Positions 46,249 to 54,641 of a stretch of DNA of 64,000 bases are shown here, piece after piece. The notes under the pieces are model-generated. The model had not been told where the DNA came from. It ran no database searches and saw only the letters and a list, made by a program, of their open reading frames with translations. The stretch is from a virus (Duplodnaviria > Caudoviricetes): the IMG/VR virus record IMGVR_UViG_3300027679_000366, positions 21,854 through 85,853 of that record. One strand, 5' to 3'. Made by a program: the position numbers and the translations under genes. Every line of letters begins with the position of its first letter. The stretch's first letter is position 1.

Positions 46249-46631
46249 TAGAATCTCCCTTGTACTGATTTAGCCAGTATGTCTGCTTGTTGTTGTATAA
46301 TCTTCTTCTTTAGGTCACAGTATAATGGACTCACCGGACCTTTGGCTACACGCTCTTGCAATTCTTTAACAGTATCTTTGATAGTGCCTGTTAGTTTGTT
46401 TATGTCACGTGTGGGTTTGGTCTGACTGTAGATGTCAAACCATTCTACATTCTTGGCCAGCTGATCAACTTGTGGTTTCAAGTCTGTTTTACAATCAAAG
46501 TGTCTAACCTGTTGTTGTATATCTGTTATGCTCTTGGCTTGATTAACATCCCAACTGCTGGGAATGTATTCCATAATGCTGGCACAGCCTGTTAAACTTA
46601 AAAATGCCGCAATCAATAATAGTTTTTTCAT
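46248..46631 (-). CDS. lipoprotein
   Basis: MKKLLLIAAFLSLTGC lipobox. Confidence 0.75.
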   Translation of the reverse strand: MKKLLLIAAFLSLTGCASIMEYIPSSWDVNQAKSITDIQQQVRHFDCKTDLKPQVDQLAKNVEWFDIYSQTKPTRDINKLTGTIKDTVKELQERVAKGPVSPLYCDLKKKIIQQQADILAKSVQGRF

Positions 46632-47554
46632 TTCTTTTTTGCCCTTCCTGCTTTCATATTGGCTAGCCAGTGTGCTAGTTGTCCCTTGCGTCCACCTTGC
46701 TTGGCAGTTTTACGCAAGCTACTTACTGATGCTTTGGTATTGACACCGTGGCGTTTGGCATCGCCTTTGTCTTGGGGATTCTTTCCATCAGCAAAGTTTT
46801 CATTCTTAATGCTTTCTCCACCGCCACCATCACCGCCACCAGCGTCTCCACTACTGTCGCTGTTGCCATAGTTTGAGAAATATCCGTAACCACCATATAG
46901 ACTAGGACCATATGCGGCTCTGCGAGGTTTGCGTTTTTTCTTACGTTCTTCTAAAGTCTGATCTTCATTAGTACGGTGATACTCACTTGCTTCACCTTCT
47001 AAGCTCACCTGCCACGCATAGAATTTAGTTTGTGGATATTCATCTTTGAGTTCTACAAATGATTCCAAATTAGGCACAGCATCATCGTACATAATAGCTT
47101 TGGTATAATTGCCTTTGTTTAATAAATCACGTATAATAATCTTTTTCTTTTCTTCTGTTTGCATCTTACCTTGCATGTTACCTGCACGATAAACATGGAC
47201 CTTGCCCATGTCAACACCATACTTGCGGAACGTGTCTAAGAATAATTCGCGGTCATCAAAGTCAGCACGGGCAGTAACCATAACAACTTTATTGCCTGTA
47301 GCAATATCATTCTTAAGTTGATTAAGCATAGGTATGATTGGTTTAGCATTGTTGAAGAATTCTTTTGCATTGGCAAAGTCTCCAAAATCAAACTTCTCAC
47401 CGTCTTGTAATTTGTAGTGTGTAAAATTGTGGCTGTTTAGACTGTTAATGACCCGCCTGTCTTTAACAACATGAACTTTTGTTTGTGTGTGAACTAGGGT
47501 GTCATCTATGTCAAAGATAACTAATTTACGTGGAGTAAATTCTTGCACTCTCAT
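46628..47554 (-). CDS. HAD phosphatase (PNK/RNA-repair-like) with basic C-terminal modules
   Basis: FDIDDTL, VTAR, MYDD; N-terminus MRVQEF. Confidence 0.75.
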   Translation of the reverse strand: MRVQEFTPRKLVIFDIDDTLVHTQTKVHVVKDRRVINSLNSHNFTHYKLQDGEKFDFGDFANAKEFFNNAKPIIPMLNQLKNDIATGNKVVMVTARADFDDRELFLDTFRKYGVDMGKVHVYRAGNMQGKMQTEEKKKIIIRDLLNKGNYTKAIMYDDAVPNLESFVELKDEYPQTKFYAWQVSLEGEASEYHRTNEDQTLEERKKKRKPRRAAYGPSLYGGYGYFSNYGNSDSSGDAGGGDGGGGESIKNENFADGKNPQDKGDAKRHGVNTKASVSSLRKTAKQGGRKGQLAHWLANMKAGRAKKK

Positions 47555-47555
47555 T

Positions 47556-48233
47556 TTATTTCAAGCCTTCAGTCACACTTTGTTTCTCTAAATGTTTTTT
47601 AACTTGTTGTAACTCTGATTGGTCTAAGTCATCCAAGTGCTCTTTGCCCGTTAATCGTTTGGTAAGACGAAGGAAACTGGGTTCATTATCCCATTTAACG
47701 CCCTTACGGTCTGCCAATTTGTGTATAGTGTTAGGTGTTATGCTTTCAGTTACATTATCTAAAAATGTACTGGCAAATTTCTTACACTTATCTCGTAATG
47801 ATGAATCTGTTGTTTCTAACAGAGTAAATTGTCTTGCGTCATCATCTTCTTTTTCTGTAGGATCTATATATCCACAGTAGACTTTCTTTACATTAGATTG
47901 ATTCACAACATTGGTACAACTTTCACCATAACGCTCATCCGTATGTGTTTGATCACAAGGACTCAGTGTAGTGATTATAATACTGCCGCTTGGAATTGAA
48001 CCATGTTGTTTCTCATATGCTTCCATGGCAGCACGTTCTGCATGAATTCTTTTTCCGTTGCTAGCAGGACGATTTAATCTAGCAACTAATTTGTTATTGG
48101 GATCTAACACAGCAGACGCAACCATACCATAATCTTTATTACTGGATTGTCCTTTTTCAACTAGGTCACAGAGTTTAGATAATATTGCATCTAACTTAGA
48201 ATAGTTGCTGATTTCAAAATCACTAGCTCTCAT
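47556..48233 (-). CDS. Zn-dependent nucleoside/nucleotide deaminase
   Basis: IHAE...TLSPC...C; N-terminus MRASDFE. Confidence 0.75.
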   Translation of the reverse strand: MRASDFEISNYSKLDAILSKLCDLVEKGQSSNKDYGMVASAVLDPNNKLVARLNRPASNGKRIHAERAAMEAYEKQHGSIPSGSIIITTLSPCDQTHTDERYGESCTNVVNQSNVKKVYCGYIDPTEKEDDDARQFTLLETTDSSLRDKCKKFASTFLDNVTESITPNTIHKLADRKGVKWDNEPSFLRLTKRLTGKEHLDDLDQSELQQVKKHLEKQSVTEGLK

Positions 48234-48907
48234 TTTTTCTTACCTGCACAATGCGCCTTTTGAGAGAATCCCTTAGGGCTAGCACAGTTGATTGAGCTCT
48301 TATACTTCTGTGTCCATTTTTCTTCTAGGGCGGCTTCATCTATTGCTTTCTTAAATCCTTTGCCCGGAACCCAACCAGCAATAGGTTTACATTTACAGGT
48401 ACCTGGTTTACAGCTACAGTTAGTCATACCACATTGTAGACAGCGTTTTTTTTCGCTTTCCGATACACTTTCGTTAGGTACACAGTTATTAACACGAACA
48501 CCGCCTTTGATCTTGGTGCCTTCTTTATGTTTACCCTTCCAGCATTTGGGATCCAGTCTCTGTTTCAATTCTGCAATGTGTGTTTCGCCTAACATGATTA
48601 ACTCTTGCATTTGTTCAATGCTTTCACAGTTCCAGCGGCGTAAGGCCAACGCTTTAGGAGTAGGCTTACCATTAGGCTTTTTCATAGGACCTTTGTTGCC
48701 GCCCATCCTAGCACAAAAACTCTTGCGGCGCTTGGCTGCTTTACTACCAGCTTTTAATTTACTAGGTTTGGTAGTAACAGCAGTTTTTAATTTGCTGCCT
48801 GGATTCTCTCTGCGATAAGCATTGACAGCTTTTTGACTTAGACCATCTGTCTTGTCTTTCTTGTTGACCTTGTTCCAGTCTTCGTTAAGTAATTCGGATA
48901 TTTTCAT
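48230..48907 (-). CDS. basic Cys-rich modular protein
   Basis: MKISELLNE; modules RRKSFCARM, CWKG...NNCV, CxxC..CxC...CxC, INC..PKGFSQKAHC. Confidence 0.6.
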   Translation of the reverse strand: MKISELLNEDWNKVNKKDKTDGLSQKAVNAYRRENPGSKLKTAVTTKPSKLKAGSKAAKRRKSFCARMGGNKGPMKKPNGKPTPKALALRRWNCESIEQMQELIMLGETHIAELKQRLDPKCWKGKHKEGTKIKGGVRVNNCVPNESVSESEKKRCLQCGMTNCSCKPGTCKCKPIAGWVPGKGFKKAIDEAALEEKWTQKYKSSINCASPKGFSQKAHCAGKKK

Positions 48908-48908
48908 A

Positions 48909-49541
48909 TTAAGTATTTGGAAGTTTCATTGGGTTTAGATTACGATCAAGGCGCTGGCTTCCCATGCCACCACCGCTAGTCATTCTGTTAGTAAAATTGC
49001 CGCTATTCTGATTTGTTGGCAACGGCGGAGTTGGTAATGCGCTTGGACTTTTCTCTTTGTTAACTAACGGCACATGTTTTTGGGCAGGTTGAGCTCTAGT
49101 AAGGGCAAACCTGGTTCCATCAGGGCCATCTGCTATGCGAGTACCTATTAACCCCATTGTTGGTGCCAGTCGATCTATCATACGTAGATATGCTTTAGTT
49201 CTACTAGGTTCTACACTGGTAAAATAAAGTGAATTTATATCTGGTCTTGTATCAAGGTAATGTTTGAGATTTCGAACTACTCCTGTTAGAATCTTTGGCG
49301 TTGCACCACTACTGTCGCCGGAGATATCAAAGTTTTTATTTCTATTAAACTCTACACTAACGCCATCTTTTGCTTGTGGGGAGGAATAGTGGATTGGTGA
49401 TATCACAGTTTGTATTTCTTTACCAGTATCATCTGTCCACTTAGCTACTGTACTACCGCTGTCCTTACTGGTATGCCACTTAGTCTCAGGTGCAGGCCCA
49501 GTTATATCTAAAACCTCGCTAATGATCTCAGATATTTTCAT
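48909..49541 (-). CDS. hypothetical with capsid-targeting-like tag
   Basis: MKISEIISE. Confidence 0.55.
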   Translation of the reverse strand: MKISEIISEVLDITGPAPETKWHTSKDSGSTVAKWTDDTGKEIQTVISPIHYSSPQAKDGVSVEFNRNKNFDISGDSSGATPKILTGVVRNLKHYLDTRPDINSLYFTSVEPSRTKAYLRMIDRLAPTMGLIGTRIADGPDGTRFALTRAQPAQKHVPLVNKEKSPSALPTPPLPTNQNSGNFTNRMTSGGGMGSQRLDRNLNPMKLPNT

Positions 49542-49741
49542 TTGTTATTCTCCGGTGGGCAACAGAATCTAGGATCGCACCAATCATAGTTTGTATCATA
49601 AGTTTGTCCAATGTATCCAGCATAAGCTAGGCTCATGCCAATACCATAAATGGCTAGGCCTGTGATAAATTTATTACACAGGACTGTAAGGGTTGCGCGG
49701 TCTATCATATCCATCGTCCTCTGGGTATACTGGGTAGTCAT
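49538..49741 (-). CDS. small membrane protein
   Basis: One TM, C-terminal WCDPRFCC. Confidence 0.45.
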   Translation of the reverse strand: MTTQYTQRTMDMIDRATLTVLCNKFITGLAIYGIGMSLAYAGYIGQTYDTNYDWCDPRFCCPPENNK

Positions 49742-49750
49742 TAGGGTTCA

Positions 49751-50185
49751 TCAGTTACACCAACTTTGTTTAGCATCACCATAATATTCTCTCGCAAATC
49801 CGTTAGCAATTAATTGAGCACGTAAGCTCTGTCCGTTTAGAATGAGGTCGCCCAAAACACGACCACCAAATTTATCCCAACCATATAGAATGACTTGTCG
49901 CTGTTGGCTGGCATTAATGAGACCTTTAGTGAAAACGGAAGCGGCTTCACCACGTTGCTTTTCGCTGTCGCATTGACCTCTAAATCCTTTTTCCGGAGTA
50001 TCGACTCCATAGACTCGTACCGCAAGTTCGGGCTTAAGGGGTGCAGGTAGAAAGGGTGCGGCGATAACAACTGTATCGCCATCCGTTACTCTGATAATTT
50101 GTGCGTCATATGTAACGCCTTGGGGTGTTTTTTGTGCAAATGCTAGTACTGGGACTAACAATAATACTGCTAATAGCTTCTTCAT
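49751..50185 (-). CDS. secreted thermonuclease (SNase family)
   Basis: Signal peptide, DGDT, VRVYGVDTPE, DKFGGRVLG. Confidence 0.9.
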   Translation of the reverse strand: MKKLLAVLLLVPVLAFAQKTPQGVTYDAQIIRVTDGDTVVIAAPFLPAPLKPELAVRVYGVDTPEKGFRGQCDSEKQRGEAASVFTKGLINASQQRQVILYGWDKFGGRVLGDLILNGQSLRAQLIANGFAREYYGDAKQSWCN

Positions 50186-50212
50186 ATAAACTCCGTGTTA
50201 ACAGAGTATTTA

Positions 50213-50650
50213 TTAGAAATTATTGTTAAACCAGCCTATCTTGCGGCCTTCTGCAATACGTTGGTCGTGTTCTTCTACACTGCCAGGCCAGCGCCACGCC
50301 CATACTGCTACAAACAACATGAAGATGCCTGTACTTAATATACCAATAGGTTTAACCCCTGTAAACCACATGATCAGCAAACTTGATGTCATCATGGCTA
50401 GCATGAAGTATTTCATCTTATTAGGGAATACACGCTTGGTATTCCAGTTGGTTAGGAACGGGCCAAACAGTTTGTGATTGTATAGCCAGGCGTGCATCTT
50501 AGGCGAACCTTTGGCAAAACAATAGGCGGCGGCCACTACAAAAATACTGTAGGGTATGCCGGGTGTAATTAACCCAACATACGCCATACCTAAACTAATG
50601 AATCCTAGGACTTTCCATAGGAAACGCTTTACCGGATGAATTGTAACCAT
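50213..50650 (-). CDS. YbaN/DUF454 inner-membrane protein
   Basis: G.ITPGIP..F...AA.CFAKGSP..HAWL..H..FGP.L.NW. Confidence 0.8.
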   Translation of the reverse strand: MVTIHPVKRFLWKVLGFISLGMAYVGLITPGIPYSIFVVAAAYCFAKGSPKMHAWLYNHKLFGPFLTNWNTKRVFPNKMKYFMLAMMTSSLLIMWFTGVKPIGILSTGIFMLFVAVWAWRWPGSVEEHDQRIAEGRKIGWFNNNF

Positions 50651-51144
50651 TCTTCGAACCTCACATTGAATTCTTGTTTCTTGCGCTTATTTACAAGATC
50701 ATAGAAGTCGGGCTTGTAAGGTTTGACTTTAGGCTTCCATCCTTTGGTCTTGTCGGCCTTGGCCGCATTACATGGAGCACACGCTGTACATGTGTTTTCC
50801 CATGTGGTCTTGCCACCTTGGCTAACTGGAATCACGTGATCCAGCGTTGCTTCTTTGCGTTCAATACTTGTACTGCAATATTGACACTTGCCACTGTCTC
50901 GTAGGTATACATTAGCCCGACTGAAACGTACTGCGTTCTTTGGCTTCATATACTCACGTAACATGATAACTGATGGAACTTGGGTTTCCCAACGGGCTGA
51001 ATGCACAATCCAATTCTCGTGATAAAGCAATACATCGGCCTTGTCTAAAACCATGTATTTGATTGACTCTTCCCATGTGATTGTGCTTAACGGAAGGACG
51101 CTTACCGGCAACCCGTCTGCATTTAATACTAAAGTATCTGCCAC
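50629..51144 (-). CDS. HNH endonuclease
   Basis: LVLNA, RD...CQYC, TLDHVIP...GG..WEN...AC..CN..K. Confidence 0.9.
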   Translation of the reverse strand: MADTLVLNADGLPVSVLPLSTITWEESIKYMVLDKADVLLYHENWIVHSARWETQVPSVIMLREYMKPKNAVRFSRANVYLRDSGKCQYCSTSIERKEATLDHVIPVSQGGKTTWENTCTACAPCNAAKADKTKGWKPKVKPYKPDFYDLVNKRKKQEFNVRFEEWLQFIR

Positions 51145-51195
51145 TTTGAACCTCTTTCTGTGTTGTGTTTTACAGACCCAACCAGTTAAGTGTAC

Positions 51196-51224
51196 ATTGT
51201 ACGCTCAATTTGTATTTACGTCAA
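51196..51224 (-). promoter_or_regulatory. sigma70 promoter
   Basis: TTGACG-17 bp-TACAAT. Confidence 0.7.
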
Positions 51225-51764
51225 TATGCTTTGAGCGAACTCTAAACCACTTCGATCAAGGGCATTGCACCATTGATCCTTAGTGTCTGACCCGTATACT
51301 AGTTCGTAATCGGCACTGGCCAAACACCAACTTGTTTCTTCATTCCAGGGGGTTTGACCTTTGATCTCGCCAACTAACTGCCCCGGACTCCAACCGCACA
51401 TGCCCAAAAATAAACGCCATTGCTCCGGGCGGTCTCCCATAGCTAGTCTAGGTAATATATCATCTGCTGAACTTATACTAAACTCATCGTTTATTTGCAT
51501 TGTGTTCTTGCAGGTCCATTCGTTACTGTGTAAGAAGCTCAGGCTCTTAACATTAACAGGGCCACCTAGATAAACAAATCCAGGAACATCAACTTGATGT
51601 CCTAGTTGTTCACCAAACTCTACAATGCTCATTTGACTACGCTTGTTCAACACTAGTCCTACACTGCCTTGGGAGTGATGTTCTGTTACCATGATAACAG
51701 TCTTGTGCCAGAAGTTACCTTTTACAGCAGGCGGCGCGATTATTAAATTACCAACAATATTCAT
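51216..51764 (-). CDS. YqgE/AlgH family protein
   Basis: GLVLNK, YLGGPV, FLG..GW..GQL..EI. Confidence 0.88.
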   Translation of the reverse strand: MNIVGNLIIAPPAVKGNFWHKTVIMVTEHHSQGSVGLVLNKRSQMSIVEFGEQLGHQVDVPGFVYLGGPVNVKSLSFLHSNEWTCKNTMQINDEFSISSADDILPRLAMGDRPEQWRLFLGMCGWSPGQLVGEIKGQTPWNEETSWCLASADYELVYGSDTKDQWCNALDRSGLEFAQSILT

Positions 51765-51779
51765 ATGAGATATTTATTG

Positions 51780-52514
51780 TTACTTACTATAGAGTTGCGC
51801 TTCTTTGGCACGTTCTCTTCCCTTTGCCTCTTTATCTTGTGGACGTTCAAACTCTACGCAAAACCAGTACGTTGCTTCTTCAGGTGATTTAAATGTTCTA
51901 GCGGCAAATGCTGGCCCTTTTCCTATACGTGATGACAAGGCAAAATCAATTTGTCCTTGCCAGTTAGTTTGCCACTTGCCGGGGCCGCCACAGGCTTGCG
52001 CCATTGAACTAAAGAACCCCTTACCACTAAAGGTAAGATCGTGAAACATAAACAATCCACCACTTGGTCCTTGGCTAGCATCACTGTGTACCCAACGACC
52101 CGGTTGCCAACCGCTTTCCCATTTACAGTTTACTACCATAGCGACTGCATGGTTAAAACTTAGCTTGTTTGCTATGTAAGAACGCATTTCTCTCCAGTTG
52201 ATCTTGTCTTTAGAACTAGGACCAAACTGTTTCATTTGTTCTGGTGTGGCACCTTTAGGAGTATAACCATTTGACACTGTGACTGATGTTTGGGGTTCAG
52301 GAGTAGTTGGCTTTTCAGTACTAGGAGTAGTTGGCTTTTCCGTACTGGGAGTAGTTGGCTTTTCCGTACTAGGAGTAGCTGGCTTGTCAGCGGCAGCTAG
52401 TTTGTCAGTCTCAGTTTTATTGAAGGCCGCAACGTTTACTCCAGCTTTACCCATGATGGCATTAAGTATGCCGTCTAAGTCCTCGTTGATCTTTTTAAAT
52501 TCTGAATATCGCAT
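51780..52514 (-). CDS. phage tail-lysozyme-like peptidoglycan hydrolase
   Basis: N...ESG, GLF.., QIDF, F...FERP; MRYSEFKKINE tag. Confidence 0.7.
   Translation of the reverse strand: MRYSEFKKINEDLDGILNAIMGKAGVNVAAFNKTETDKLAAADKPATPSTEKPTTPSTEKPTTPSTEKPTTPEPQTSVTVSNGYTPKGATPEQMKQFGPSSKDKINWREMRSYIANKLSFNHAVAMVVNCKWESGWQPGRWVHSDASQGPSGGLFMFHDLTFSGKGFFSSMAQACGGPGKWQTNWQGQIDFALSSRIGKGPAFAARTFKSPEEATYWFCVEFERPQDKEAKGRERAKEAQLYSK
52300..52388. repeat. 24-bp in-frame tandem repeat (KPTTPSTE x ~3.7)
   Basis: GGAGTAGTTGGCTTTTCMGTACTR units at 52300, 52324, 52348, partial at 52372. Confidence 0.9.
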
Positions 52515-52516
52515 AA

Positions 52517-53077
52517 TTATCCTATATACTTCATTGGGTCTACTGGACGGCCGGCAACATATTTTTCCCAGTGTAAGTGAGGACCAGTAGAATTTCCACT
52601 GTTGCCGCTCAGTGCTACTACATCGCCTTTTCTAACCAGTTGTCCTAGTTTAACTTTTACTTGTGACAAATGTAATAGTCGATGTTTTAATCGTCCGGCA
52701 CCATCAGTTAAATTAACATGTAATCCGGCTATACTATTGTTGTCAATAGATCCAACAAAACAATCTTCAGGAGCTTTGACTGGTGTTCCAACCGGTACTG
52801 CAATGTCAGTTCCCCAATGCATGCCTCTTGCACGTTGTCCAAATGGGCTAGTTAGTGAGCCGTTTGCAGGCATTTCAATGCCTGTTGATGTTCGTAATGT
52901 TATCCCTGGATGAGCTTTAAATGTTGTATCGCTGGCTGGCTTATTTACATCCATAGATATATTATTTGCATCTGTTGTCTTATTGCCAGCTGTGATATCT
53001 ATACCAGCTTTGCCCATTATAGCGCCAAGTATATTATCTAGGTTTTCGTTAACATTTTTAAATTCGTTGAATCGCAT
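52517..53077 (-). CDS. M23 family peptidase
   Basis: TSPFG.R, HWGTD, LHL, STGPHLHWE; MRFNEFKNVNE tag. Confidence 0.9.
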   Translation of the reverse strand: MRFNEFKNVNENLDNILGAIMGKAGIDITAGNKTTDANNISMDVNKPASDTTFKAHPGITLRTSTGIEMPANGSLTSPFGQRARGMHWGTDIAVPVGTPVKAPEDCFVGSIDNNSIAGLHVNLTDGAGRLKHRLLHLSQVKVKLGQLVRKGDVVALSGNSGNSTGPHLHWEKYVAGRPVDPMKYIG

Positions 53078-53078
53078 A

Positions 53079-53450
53079 TTAACTCCAGTCAGGCAAGGGA
53101 CCTCCGTACTTCTGTCCTTTGATACGGTGCCCTCCTACTTTAATACGACTCTTTTTATCTTTGCCTAGCTTATGTGATTTCTCACCATCACGGGCACGTA
53201 GGCCTTGTGACTTACAACTTGACAGCATACTAGCACCTAAGTCTGCGTCGGGCTTAGAACTTTTACATAGTTCACGTGATGCTTTACCATGCTCGTCTAA
53301 AACTTTATCGTGTGATGTACCACAGTATTCACATACTGTTTTATATCGAGATTCTGTAGTATGCCCTCGATCAGGACGGCTTCCAGGACGAGCCGGGCGT
53401 TTAGGGTGTGTGCCGATGGCACCTTCGGTGGTGAATTCTTTTGCTCTCAT
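53079..53450 (-). CDS. basic protein with capsid-targeting-like tag
   Basis: MRAKEFTTE; CEYC; KGQKYGGPLPDWS. Confidence 0.55.
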   Translation of the reverse strand: MRAKEFTTEGAIGTHPKRPARPGSRPDRGHTTESRYKTVCEYCGTSHDKVLDEHGKASRELCKSSKPDADLGASMLSSCKSQGLRARDGEKSHKLGKDKKSRIKVGGHRIKGQKYGGPLPDWS

Positions 53451-53469
53451 AGTTATGTATTTATTGTTC

Positions 53470-54288
53470 TTACTGGGCTAAGAACTCAAATACATTTAAC
53501 CATTTACGCTTGCCTATAGTGGCTTTTAACTTGGTTAGATCAGCCTTTGTAGTGTGTCGCATACGCTGTTTTTCAGCATCTGGCACAGGTTCAAACTCTA
53601 ACTCTACACTCTCTTGTTCTGCTATTTCTTCTGCAATATCTAGAAAGCTGTGGGTTAACCCTGCACCACAATTCCATATACCGGAACCGTTAACCTCTTT
53701 GATAAAGTCTATGTGTAAACGACATACATCACCAACCCAAGTCCAATCTCGACGGATATGTTCAGCATTTTCCCATACTGTGATCTTGCCTTCTTTGCGG
53801 GCTTGTGTGCGCCACTTGACAATAGCATTGGCACGTTTGCCTCGTAGATGCATCCACTTGCCGTAGACATTAAAGTAACGGAACCCCTGTACATATATGT
53901 TTACATTCTGTTGTGGCCACCAACGATCAAAGAGGTACTTAGACCATGCATAAGGTGTTTGTGGATGACAAGGAGCATATTCACTAAAGTCTTTACTATC
54001 ACCGTAGACACTACTTGAGCTAGCATACTGTAAGTTTACCCCGTGCAAATTGCACTCGTTGAACAACCACTGGGAGAACTCGTAGTTTTGTTTGAGTATG
54101 GCTTCTACATCATTACAAGTCATATCAGCAATAGCACCCAGGTGTATTACCCAGTCATAGCCACTTACGTCAGGACGTTCTGTTGGATGCCATTCATAGC
54201 CGTCAATGTGCCAACCTTCTTCTTGATTGAGCCAGGCAAGCATATTGCGGCCAATAAATCCCTCATGGCCGGTTACTAGTATTCTCAT
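53470..54288 (-). CDS. second HldD-like NAD-dependent epimerase
   Basis: TGHEGFIG, YASSSSVYG, YAWSK, GFRYFNVYG. Confidence 0.85.
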   Translation of the reverse strand: MRILVTGHEGFIGRNMLAWLNQEEGWHIDGYEWHPTERPDVSGYDWVIHLGAIADMTCNDVEAILKQNYEFSQWLFNECNLHGVNLQYASSSSVYGDSKDFSEYAPCHPQTPYAWSKYLFDRWWPQQNVNIYVQGFRYFNVYGKWMHLRGKRANAIVKWRTQARKEGKITVWENAEHIRRDWTWVGDVCRLHIDFIKEVNGSGIWNCGAGLTHSFLDIAEEIAEQESVELEFEPVPDAEKQRMRHTTKADLTKLKATIGKRKWLNVFEFLAQ

Positions 54289-54296
54289 GCTAGTAT

Positions 54297-54641
54297 TTAA
54301 TCAGGTAGGTCTTGTGTAAAGTTCCACTCTGGCACAATGAGTTTTAGTCTAAAGTGTCGCTCTGCAATTAAACTTTCTACATACTCTTGTAACTGAATCA
54401 TAGGCACAGTATCATTTAACCACTCTGTTTCCCAATCATCAATAGTCCAGATGTTGTCTACATATTGTGTTTTAATTGTTCGCTCCAATGCTTTAGCATG
54501 GGCTCTCAATCCTCCATAGATCCGCATGTTAACAATTCCGCCCATATGTGAACAGTATTGTTTATTGCGTTCCTTTGGAGTTTGCATGATGCCAAACCCA
54601 GGACGCCCAAACGGGCTTTGGATTAGGTATAGGTAGTACAT
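54297..54641 (-). CDS. possible degenerate GIY-YIG-like protein
   Basis: YLYLI...GFGI...ER...; ALE..IK. Confidence 0.35.
   Translation of the reverse strand: MYYLYLIQSPFGRPGFGIMQTPKERNKQYCSHMGGIVNMRIYGGLRAHAKALERTIKTQYVDNIWTIDDWETEWLNDTVPMIQLQEYVESLIAERHFRLKLIVPEWNFTQDLPD

Noticed and set aside
46634-46640. A_AAA_AAG at the end of the HAD gene, -1 frame entering the lipoprotein
   Set aside because: The downstream gene has its own ATG in a normal ATGA overlap and needs a free signal peptide; likely a coincidence of Lys codons.
52300-52388. Possible CRISPR-like repeat
   Set aside because: Head-to-tail 24-bp in-frame units without spacers, encoding a linker.
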